A stretch of DNA of 64,000 nucleotides from Eledone cirrhosa. Taxonomy: Eukaryota. The position numbers and the translations under genes were made by a program. The DNA is taken from assembly GCA_964016885.1 (NCBI GenBank), contig OZ024758.1, forward strand, positions 35,092,001 to 35,156,000, in the 5' to 3' direction. A model generated the notes under the pieces. The model was not told the origin of the DNA. It did not search any database and was given only the letters and a program-made list of their open reading frames with translations. Below are positions 50,201 to 61,500 of this stretch, piece after piece; the first letter of the stretch is position 1, and each line of letters begins with the position of its first letter.

Positions 50201-52599
50201 CTCCACTGTTGGTGAGAATTCATTTAAGTTCATGGTATTAGCTGTCAGAAGTAACTCCACTGTTGGTGAGAATTCATTTAAGTTCATGGTACTAGCTGTC
50301 AGAAGTAACTCCAATGTTGGTGAGAATTCATTTAAGTTTATGGTATTAGCTGTCAGAAGTAACTCCACTGTTGGTGAGAATTCATTTAAGTAATGGTATT
50401 AGCTGTCAGAAGTAACTCCAATGTTGGTGAGAATTCATTTAAGTTCATGGTATTAGCTGTCAGAAGTAACTCCACTGTTGGTGAGAATTCATTTAAGTTC
50501 ATGGTATTAGCTGTCAGAAGTAACTCCACTGTTGGTGAGAATTCATTTAAGTTCATGGTACTAGCTGTCAGAAGTAACTCCACTGTTGGTGAGAATTCAT
50601 TTAAGTTCATGGTATTAGCTGTCAGAAGTAACTCCAATGTTGGTGAGAATTCATTTAAGTTCATGGTATTAGCTGTCAGAAGTAACTCCACTGTTGGTGA
50701 GAATTCATTTAAGTTCATGGTATTAGCTGTCAGAAGTAACTCCACTGTTGATGAGAATTCATTTAAGTTCATGGTACTAGCTGTCAGAAGTAACTCTACT
50801 GTTGGTGAGAATTCATTTAAGTTCATGATATTAGCTGTCAGAAGTAACTCCACTGTTGGTGAGAATTCATTTAAGTCATGGTATTAGCTGTCAGAAGTAA
50901 CTCCATTGTTGGTGAGAATTCATTTAAGTCATGGTACTAGCTGTCAGAAGTAACTCCACTGTTGGTGAGAATTCATTTAAGTTCATGGTACTAGCTGTCA
51001 GAAGTAACTCCACTGTTGGTGAGAATTCATTTAAGTTCATGGTATTAGCTGTCAGAAGTAACTCCACTGTTGGTGAGAATTCATTTAAGTTCATGGTATT
51101 AGCTGTCAGAAGGAACTCCAATGTTGGTGAGAAATCATTTAAGTCATGGTACTAGCTGTCAGAAGTAACTCCACTGTTGGTGAGAATCCATTTAAGTTCA
51201 TGGTATTAGCTGTCAGAAGGAACGCCACTGTTGGTGAGAATTCATTTAAGTTCATGGTATTAGCTGTCAGAAGTAACTCCACTGTTGGTGAGAATTCATT
51301 TAAGTTCATGGTACTAGCTGTCAGAAGTAACTCCATTGTTGGTGAGAATTCATTTAAGTTCATGGTACTAGCTGTCAGAAGTAACTCCAATGTTGGTGAG
51401 AATTCATTTAAGTTCATGGTATTAGCTGTCAGAAGTAACTCCACTGTTGGTGAGAATTCATTTAAGTTCATGGTACTAGCTGTCAGAAGTAACTCCACTG
51501 TTGGTGAGAATTCATTTAAGTTCATGGTATTAGCTGTCAGAAGTCACTCCAATGTTGGTGAGAATTCATTTAAGTTCATGGTATTAGCTGTCAGAAGTCA
51601 CTCCACTGTTGGTGAGAATTCATTTAAGTTCATGGTATTAGCTGTCAGAAGTAACTCCACTGTTGGTGAGAATTCATTTAAGTTCATGGTATTAGCTGTC
51701 AGAAGGAACTCCAATGTTGGTGAGAATTCATTTAAGTCATGGTACTAGCTGTCAGAAGTAACTCCACTGTTGGTGAGAATTCATTTAAGTTCATGGTATT
51801 AGCTGTCAGAAGGAACGCCGCTGTTGGTGAGAATTCATTTAAGTTCATGGTATTAGCTGTCAGAAGTAACTCCACTGTTGGTGAGAATTCATTTAAGTTC
51901 ATGGTACTAGCTGTCAGAAGTAACTCCACTGTTGGTGAGAATTCATTTAAGTTCATGGTACTAGCTGTCAGAAGTAACTCCACTGTTGGTGAGAATTCAT
52001 TTAAGTTCATGGTATTAGCTGTCAGAAGTAACTCCACTGTTGGTGAGAATTCATTTAAGTCATGGTATTAGCTGTCAGAAGTAACTCCATTGTTGGTGAG
52101 AATTCATTTAAGTCATGGTACTAGCTGTCAGAAGTAACTCCACTGTTGGTGAGAATTCATTTAAGTTCATGGTACTAGCTGTCAGAAGTAACTCCACTGT
52201 TGGTAAGAATTCATTTAAGTTCATGGTATTAGCTGTCAGAAGTAACTCCACTGTTGGTGAGAATTCATTTAAGTTCATGGTATTAGCTGTCAGAAGGAAC
52301 TCCAATGTTGGTGAGAAATCATTTAAGTCATGGTACTAGCTGTCAGAAGTAACTCCACTGTTGGTGAGAATCCATTTAAGTTCATGGTATTAGCTGTCAG
52401 AAGGAACGCCACTGTTGGTGAGAATTCATTTAAGTTCATGGTATTAGCTGTCAGAAGTAACTCCACTGTTGGTGAGAATTCATTTAAGTTCATGGTACTA
52501 GCTGTCAGAAGTAACTCCATTGTTGGTGAGAATTCATTTAAGTTCATGGTACTAGCTGTCAGAAGTAACTCCAATGTTGGTGAGAATTCATTTAAGTTC

Positions 52600-55500
52600 A
52601 TGGTATTAGCTGTCAGAAGTAACTCCACTGTTGGTGAGAATTCATTTAAGTTCATGGTACTAGCTGTCAGAAGTAACTCCACTGTTGGTGAGAATTCATT
52701 TAAGTTCATGGTATTAGCTGTCAGAAGTCACTCCAATGTTGGTGAGAATTCATTTAAGTTCATGGTATTAGCTGTCAGAAGTCACTCCACTGTTGGTGAG
52801 AATTCATTTAAGTTCATGGTATTAGCTGTCAGAAGTAACTCCACTGTTGGTGAGAATTCATTTAAGTTCATGGTATTAGCTGTCAGAAGGAACTCCAATG
52901 TTGGTGAGAATTCATTTAAGTCATGGTACTAGCTGTCAGAAGTAACTCCACTGTTGGTGAGAATTCATTTAAGTTCATGGTATTAGCTGTCAGAAGGAAC
53001 GCCGCTGTTGGTGAGAATTCATTTAAGTTCATGGTATTAGCTGTCAGAAGTAACTTCACTGTTGGTGAGAATTCATTTAAGTTCATGGTACTAGCTGTCA
53101 GAAGTAACTCCACTGTTGGTGAGAATTCATTTAAGTTCATGGGACTAGCTGTCAGAAGTAACTCCAATGTTGGTGAGAATTCATTTAAGTTCATGGTATT
53201 AGCTGTCAGAAGGAACTCCACTGTTGGTGAGAATTCATTTAAGTCATGGTATTAGCTGTCAGAAGTAACTCCAATGTTGGTGAGAATTCATTTAAGTTCA
53301 TGGTACTAGTTGTCAGAAGTAACTCCACTGTTGGTGAGAATTCATTTAAGTTCATGGTATTAGCTGTCAGAAGTAACTCCACTGTTGGTGAGAATTCATT
53401 TAAGTTCATGGTACTAGTTGTCAGAAGTAACTCCACTGTTGGTGAGAATACATTTAAGTTCATGGTATTAGTTGTCATAAGTAACTCCACTGTTGGTGAG
53501 AATTCATTTAAGTCATGGTATTAGTTGTCAGAAGTAACTCCAATGTTGGTGAGAATTCATTTAAGTTCATAGTACTAGCTGTCAGAAGTAACTCCACTGT
53601 TGGTGAGAATTCATTTAAGTTCATGGTATTAGCTGTCAGAAGTAACTCCACTGTTGGTGAGAATTCATTTAAGTCATGGTATTAGCTGTCAGAAGTAACT
53701 CCATTGTTGGTGAGAATTCATTTAAGTCATGGTACTAGCTGTCAGAAGTAACTCCACTGTTGGTGAGAATTCATTTAAGTTCATGGTATTAGTTTGTCAG
53801 AAGTAACTCCACTGTTGGTGAGAATTCATTTAAGTCATGGTATTAGTTGTCAGAAGTAACTCCAATGTTGGTGAGAATTCATTTAAGTCATGGTACTAGC
53901 TGTCAGAAGTAACTCCAATGTTGGTGAGAATTCATTTAAGTTCATGGTATTAGCTGTCAGAAGGAACTCCACTGTTGGTCAGAATTCATTTAAGTTCATG
54001 GTATTAGCTGTCAGAAGTAACTCCACTGTTGGTGAGAATTCATTTAAGTTCATGGTACTAGCTGTCAGAAGTAACTCCAATGTTGGTGAGAATTCATTTA
54101 AGTTCATGGTATTAGCTGTCAGAAGTAACTCCACTGTTGGTGAGAATTCATTTAAGTCATGGTATTAGCTGTCAGAAGTAACTCCAATGTTGGTGAGAAT
54201 TCATTTAAGTTCATGGTATTAGCTGTCAGAAGTAACTCTACTGTTGGTGAGAATTCATTTAAGTTCATGGTACTAGCTGTCAGAAGTAACTCCACTGTTG
54301 GTGAGAATTCATTTAAGTTCATGGTATTAGTTTGTCAGAAGTAACTCCACTGTTGGTGAGAATTCATTTAAGTTCATGGTATTAGCTGTCAGAAGGAACG
54401 CCACTGTTGGTGAGAATTCATTTAAGTTCATGTTATTAGCTGTCAGAAGTAACTCCACTGTTGGTGAGAATTCATTTAAGTTCATGGTACTAGCTGTCAG
54501 AAGTAACTCCAATGTTGGTGAGAATTCATTTAAGTTCATGGTATTAGCTGTCAGAAGGAATTCCACTGTTGGTGAGAATTCATTTAAGTTCATGGTATTA
54601 GCTGTCAGAAGTAACTCCACTGTTGGTGAGAATTCATTTAAGTCATGGTATTAGCTGTCAGAAGTAACTCCATTGTTGGTGAGAATTCATTTAAATCATG
54701 GTACTAGCTGTCAGAAGTAACTCCACTGTTGGTGAGAATTCATTTAAGTTCATGGTATTAGTTTGTCAGAAGTAACTCCACTGTTGGTGAGAATTCATTT
54801 AAGTCATGGTATTAGTTGTCAGAAGTAACTCCAATATTGGTGAGAATTCATTTAAGTTCATGGTACTAGCTGTCAGAAGTAACTCCATTGTTGGTGAGAA
54901 TTCATTTAAGTTCATGGTACTAGCTGTCAGAAGTAACTCCACTGTTGGTGAGAATTCATTTAAGTTCATGGTATTAGTTTGTCAGAAGTAACTCCACTGT
55001 TGGTGAGAATTCATTTAAGTCATGGTATTAGTTGTCAGAAGTAACTCCAATGTTGGTGAGAATTCATTTAAGTCATGGTACTAGCTGTCAGAAGTAACTC
55101 CAATGTTGGTGAGAATTCATTTAAGTTCATGGTATTAGCTGTCCGAAGGAACTCCACTGTTGGTGAGAATTCATTTAAGTTCATGGTATTAGCTGTCAGA
55201 AGTAACTCCACTGTTGGTGAGAATTCATTTAAGTTCATGGTACTAGCTGTCAGAAGTAACTCCAATGTTGGTGAGAATTCATTTAAGTTCATGGTATTAG
55301 CTGTCAGAAGTAACTCCACTGTTGGTGAGAATTCATTTAAGTCATGGTATTAGCTGTCAGAAGTAACTCCAATGTTGGTGAGAATTCATTTAAGTTCATG
55401 GTATTAGCTGTCAGAAGTAACTCCACTGTTGGTGAGAATTCATTTAAGTTCATGGTATTAGCTGTCAGAAGTAACTCCACTGTTGGTGAGAATTCATTTA

Positions 55501-58500
55501 AGTTCATGGTACTAGCTGTCAGAAGTAACTCCACTGTTGGTGAGAATTCATTTAAGTTCATGGTACTAGCTGTCAGAAGTAACTCCAATGTTGGTGAGGA
55601 TTCATTTAAGTTCATGGTATTAGCTGTCAGAAGGAACTCCACTGTTGGTGAGAATTCATTTAAGTTCATGGTATTAGCTGTCAGAAGTAACTCCACTGTT
55701 GGTGAGAATTCATTTAAGTTCATGGTACTAGCTGTCAGAAGTAACTCCACTGTTGGTGAGAATTCATTTAAGTTCATGGTATTAGCTGTCAGAAGTCACT
55801 CCAATGTTGGTGAGAATTCATTAAGTCATGGTATTAGCTGTCAGAAGTCACTCCACTGTTGGTGAGAATTCATTTAAGTTCATGGTATTAGCTGTCAGAA
55901 GTAACTCCACTGTTGGTGAGAATTCATTTAAGTTCATGGTATTAGCTGTCAGAAGGAACTCCAATGTTGGTGAGAATTCATTTAAGTCATGGTACTAGCT
56001 GTCAGAAGTAACTCCACTGTTGGTGAGAATTCATTTAAGTTCATGGTATTAGCTGTCAGAAGGAACGCCGCTGTTGGTGAGAATTCATTTAAGTTCATGG
56101 TATTAGCTGTCAGAAGTAACTTCACTGTTGGTGAGAATTCATTTAAGTTCATGGTACTAGCTGTCAGAAGTAACTCCACTGTTGGTGAGAATTCATTTAA
56201 GTTCATGGGACTAGCTGTCAGAAGTAACTCCAATGTTGGTGAGAATTCATTTAAGTTCAAGGTATTAGCTGTCAGAAGGAACTCCACTGTTGGTGAGAAT
56301 TCATTTAAGTCATGGTATTAGCTGTCAGAAGTAACTCCAATGTTGGTGAGAATTCATTTAAGTTCATGGTACTAGTTGTCAGAAGTAACTCCACTGTTGG
56401 TGAGAATTCATTTAAGTTCATGGTATTAGCTGTCAGAAGTAACTCCACTGTTGGTGAGAATTCATTTAAGTTCATGGTACTAGTTGTCAGAAGTAACTCC
56501 ACTGTTGGTGAGAATACATTTAAGTTCATGGTATTAGTTGTCATAAGTAACTCCACTGTTGGTGAGAATTCATTTAAGTCATGGTATTAGTTGTCAGAAG
56601 TAACTCCAATGTTGGTGAGAATTCATTTAAGTTCATAGTACTAGCTGTCAGAAGTAACTCCACTGTTGGTGAGAATTCATTTAAGTTCATGGTATTAGCT
56701 GTCAGAAGTAACTCCACTGTTGGTGAGAATTCATTTAAGTCATGGTATTAGCTGTCAGAAGTAACTCCATTGTTGGTGAGAATTCATTTAAGTCATGGTA
56801 CTAGCTGTCAGAAGTAACTCCACTGTTGGTGAGAATTCATTTAAGTTCATGGTATTAGTTTGTCAGAAGTAACTCCACTGTTGGTGAGAATTCATTTAAG
56901 TCATGGTATTAGTTGTCAGAAGTAACTCCAATGTTGGTGAGAATTCATTTAAGTCATGGTACTAGCTGTCAGAAGTAACTCCAATGTTGGTGAGAATTCA
57001 TTTAAGTTCATGGTATTAGCTGTCAGAAGGAACTCCACTGTTGGTCAGAATTCATTTAAGTTCATGGTATTAGCTGTCAGAAGTAACTCCACTGTTGGTG
57101 AGAATTCATTTAAGTTCATGGTACTAGCTGTCAGAAGTAACTCCAATGTTGGTGAGAATTCATTTAAGTTCATGGTATTAGCTGTCAGAAGTAACTCCAC
57201 TGTTGGTGAGAATTCATTTAAGTCATGGTATTAGCTGTCAGAAGTAACTCCAATGTTGGTGAGAATTCATTTAAGTTCATGGTATTAGCTGTCAGAAGTA
57301 ACTCCACTGTTGGTGAGAATTCATTTAAGTTCATGGTACTAGCTGTCAGAAGTAACTCCACTGTTGGTGAGAATTCATTTAAGTTCATGGTATTAGTTTG
57401 TCAGAAGTAACTCCACTGTTGGTGAGAATTCATTTAAGTTCATGGTATTAGCTGTCAGAAGGAACGCCACTGTTGGTGAGAATTCATTTAAGTTCATGTT
57501 ATTAGCTGTCAGAAGTAACTCCACTGTTGGTGAGAATTCATTTAAGTTCATGGTACTAGCTGTCAGAAGTAACTCCAATGTTGGTGAGAATTCATTTAAG
57601 TTCATGGTATTAGCTGTCAGAAGGAATTCCACTGTTGGTGAGAATTCATTTAAGTTCATGGTATTAGCTGTCAGAAGTAACTCCACTGTTGGTGAGAATT
57701 CATTTAAGTCATGGTATTAGCTGTCAGAAGTAACTCCATTGTTGGTGAGAATTCATTTAAATCATGGTACTAGCTGTCAGAAGTAACTCCACTGTTGGTG
57801 AGAATTCATTTAAGTTCATGGTATTAGTTTGTCAGAAGTAACTCCACTGTTGGTGAGAATTCATTTAAGTCATGGTATTAGTTGTCAGAAGTAACTCCAA
57901 TGTTGGTGAGAATTCATTTAAGTCATGGTACTAGCTGTCAGAAGTAACTCCAATGTTGGTGAGAATTCATTTAAGTTCATGGTATTAGCTGTCCGAAGGA
58001 ACTCCACTGTTGGTGAGAATTCATTTAAGTTCATGGTATTAGCTGTCAGAAGTAACTCCACTGTTGGTGAGAATTCATTTAAGTTCATGGTACTAGCTGT
58101 CAGAAGTAACTCCAATGTTGGTGAGAATTCATTTAAGTTCATGGTATTAGCTGTCAGAAGTAACTCCACTGTTGGTGAGAATTCATTTAAGTCATGGTAT
58201 TAGCTGTCAGAAGTAACTCCAATGTTGGTGAGAATTCATTTAAGTTCATGGTATTAGCTGTCAGAAGTAACTCCACTGTTGGTGAGAATTCATTTAAGTT
58301 CATGGTATTAGCTGTCAGAAGTAACTCCACTGTTGGTGAGAATTCATTTAAGTTCATGGTACTAGCTGTCAGAAGTAACTCCACTGTTGGTGAGAATTCA
58401 TTTAAGTTCATGGTACTAGCTGTCAGAAGTAACTCCAATGTTGGTGAGGATTCATTTAAGTTCATGGTATTAGCTGTCAGAAGGAACTCCACTGTTGGTG

Positions 58501-58550
58501 AGAATTCATTTAAGTTCATGGTATTAGCTGTCAGAAGTAACTCCACTGTT
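52600..58550. repeat. 3,066-bp (57-monomer) tandem duplication; second copy lacks 216 bp (4 monomers)
   Basis: ORFs 52916/55982, 53239/56305, 53890/56956 and 54327/57393 recur at +3066, then 55068/57918 and 55337/58187 at +2850. Shared markers are GTCATAAG, TTCATAGTAC, GGTCAGAAT, TTTAAATCATG, GTCCGAAGG (55141/57991) and GAGGATTC. Confidence 0.9.
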
Positions 58551-61500
58551 GGTGAAAATTCATTTAAGTTCATGGTACTAGTTGTCAGAAGTAACTCCAC
58601 TGTTGGTGAGAATTCATTTAAGTTCATGGTATTAGTTGTCAGAAGTAACTCCACTGTTGGTGAGAATTCATTATGTCATGGTATTAGTTGTCAGAAGTAA
58701 CTCCAATGTTGGTGAGAATTCATTTAAGTTCATGGTACTAGCTGTCAGAAGTAACTCCAATGTTGGTGAGAATTCATTTAAGTTCATGGTATTAGCTGTC
58801 AGAAGGAACTCCACTGTTGGTGAGAATTCATTTAAGTTCATGGTACTAGCTGTCAGAAGTAACTCCACTGTTGGTGAGAATTCATTTAAGTTCATGGTAT
58901 TAGTTTGTCAGAAGTAACTCCACTGTTAGTGAGAATTCATTTAAGTCATGGTATTAGCTGTCAGAAGTAACTCCATTGTTGGTGAGAATTCATTTAAGTC
59001 ATGGTACTAGCTGTCAGAAGTAACTCCACTGTTGGTGAGAATTCATTTAAGTTCATGGTATTAGTTTGTCAGAAGTAACTCCACTGTTGGTGAGAATTCA
59101 TTTAAGTCATGGTATTAGTTGTCAGAAGTAACTCCAATGTTGGTGAGAATTCATTTAAGTTCATGGTACTAGCTGTCAGAAGTAACTCCATTGTTGGTGA
59201 GAATTCATTTAAGTTCATGGAACTAGCTGTCAGAAGTAACTCCACTGTTGGTGAGAATTCATTTAAGTTCATGGTATTAGTTTGTCAGAAGTAACTCCAC
59301 TGTTGGTGAGAATTCATTTAAGTCATGGTATTAGTTGTCAGAAGTAACTCCAATGTTGGTGAGAATTCATTTAAGTCATGGTACTAGCTGTCAGAAGTAA
59401 CTCCAATGTTGGTGAGAATTTATTTAAGTTCATGGTATTAGCTGTCAGAAGGAACTCCACTGTTGGTGAGAATTCATTTAAGTTCATGGTATTAGCTGTC
59501 AGAAGTAACTCCACTGTTGGTGAGAATTCATTTAAATTCATGGTACTAGCTGTCAGAAGTAACTCCAATGTTGGTGAGAATTTATTTAAGTTCATGGTAT
59601 TAGCTGTCAGAAGTAACTCCACTGTTGGTGAGAATTCATTTAAGTCATGGTATTAGCTGTCAGAAGTAACTCCAATGTTGGTGAGAATTCATTTAAGTTC
59701 ATGGTATTAGCTGTCAGAAGTAACTCCACTGTTGGTGAGAATTCATTTAAGTTCATGGTATTAGCTGTCAGAAGTAACTCCACTGTTGGTGAGAATTCAT
59801 TTAAGTTCATGGTACTAGCTGTCAGAAGTAACTCCACTGTTGGTGAGAATTCATTTAAGTTCATGGTATTAGCTGTCAGAAGTAACTCCAATGTTGGTGA
59901 GAATTCATTTAAGTTCATGGTATTAGCTGTCAGAAGTAACACCACTGTTGGTGAGAATTCATTTAAGTTCATGGTATTAGCTGTCAGAAGTAACTCCACT
60001 GTTGATGAGAATTCATTTAAGTTCATGGTACTAGCTGTCAGAAGTAACTTCACTGTTGGTGAGAATTCATTTAAGTTCATGGTATTAGTTTGTCAGAAGT
60101 AACTCCACTGTTGGTGAGAATTCATTTAAGTCATGGTATTAGTTGTCAGAAGTAACTCCAATGTTGGTGAGAATTCATTTAAGTTCATGGTACTAGCTGT
60201 CAGAAGTAACTCCACTGTTGGTGAGAATTCATTTAAGTTCATGGTATTAGCTGTCAGAAGTAACTCCACTGTTGGTGAGAATTCATTTAAGTCATGGTAT
60301 TAGCTGTCAGAAGTAACTCCATTGTTGGGGAGAATTCATTTATGTCATGGTACTAGCTGTCAGAAGTAACCCCACTGTTGGTGAGAATTCATTTAAGTTC
60401 ATGGTACTAGCTGTCAGAAGTAACTCCACTGTTGGTGAGAATTCATTTAAGTTCATGGTATTAGCTGTCAGAAGTAACTCCACTGTTGGTGAGAATTCAT
60501 TTAAGTTCATGGTATTAGCTGTCAGAAGGAACTCCAATGTTGGTGAGAAATCATTTAAGTCATGGTACTAGCTGTCAGAAGTAACTCCACTGTTGGTGAG
60601 AATTCATTTAAGTTCATGGTATTAGCTGTCAGAAGGAACGCCACTGTTGGTGAGAATTCATTTAAGTTCATGGTATTAGCTGTCAGAAGTAACTCCACTG
60701 TTGGTGAGAATTCATTTAAGTTCATGGTACTAGCTGTCAGAAGTAACTCCAATGTTGGTGAGAATTCATTTAAGTTCATGGTATTAGCTGTCAGAAGGGA
60801 CTCCACTGTTGGTGAGAATTCATTTAAGTTCATGGTATTAGCTGTCAGAAGTAACTCCACTGTTGGTGAAAATTCATTTAAGTTCATGGTACTAGTTGTC
60901 AGAAGTAACTCCACTGTTGGTGAGAATTCATTTAAGTTCATGGTATTAGTTGTCAGAAGTAACTCCACTGTTGGTGAGAATTCATTAAGTCATGGTATTA
61001 GTTGTCAGAAGTAACTCCAATGTTGGTGAGAATTCATTTTAAGTTCATGGTACTAGCTGTCAGAAGTAACTCCAATGTTGGTGAGAATTCATTTAAGTTC
61101 ATGGTATTAGCTGTCAGAAGGAACTCCACTGTTGGTGAGAATTCATTTAAGTTCATGGTACTAGCTGTCAGAAGTAACTCCACTGTTGGTGAGAATTCAT
61201 TTAAGTTCATGGTATTAGTTTGTCAGAAGTAACTCCACTGTTAGTGAGAATTCATTTAAGTCATGGTATTAGCTGTCAGAAGTAACTCCAATGTTGGTGA
61301 GAATTCATTTAAGTCATGGTACTAGCTGTCAGAAGTAACTCCAATGTTGGTGAGAATTCATTTAAGTTCATGGTATTAGCTGTCAGAAGGAACTCCACTG
61401 TTGGTGAGAATTCATTTAAGTTCATGGTATTAGCTGTCAGAAGTAACTCCACTGTTGGTGAGAATTCATTTAAGTTCATGGTATTAGCTGTCAGAAGTAA

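Larger units (their letters stand above)
17100..54860. repeat. 17,016-bp tandem segmental duplication; copy 1 ~17,100-34,115, copy 2 ~34,116-54,850 (expanded to 20,735 bp)
   Basis: ORF pattern recurs at +17016 (17638/34654, 18082/35098, 20604/37620), then +16908 (21048/37956, 22761/39669), then +20735 (21048/41783, 23570/44305, 33592/54327, 34071/54806). 17016-108+3827=20735. Confidence 0.93.
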
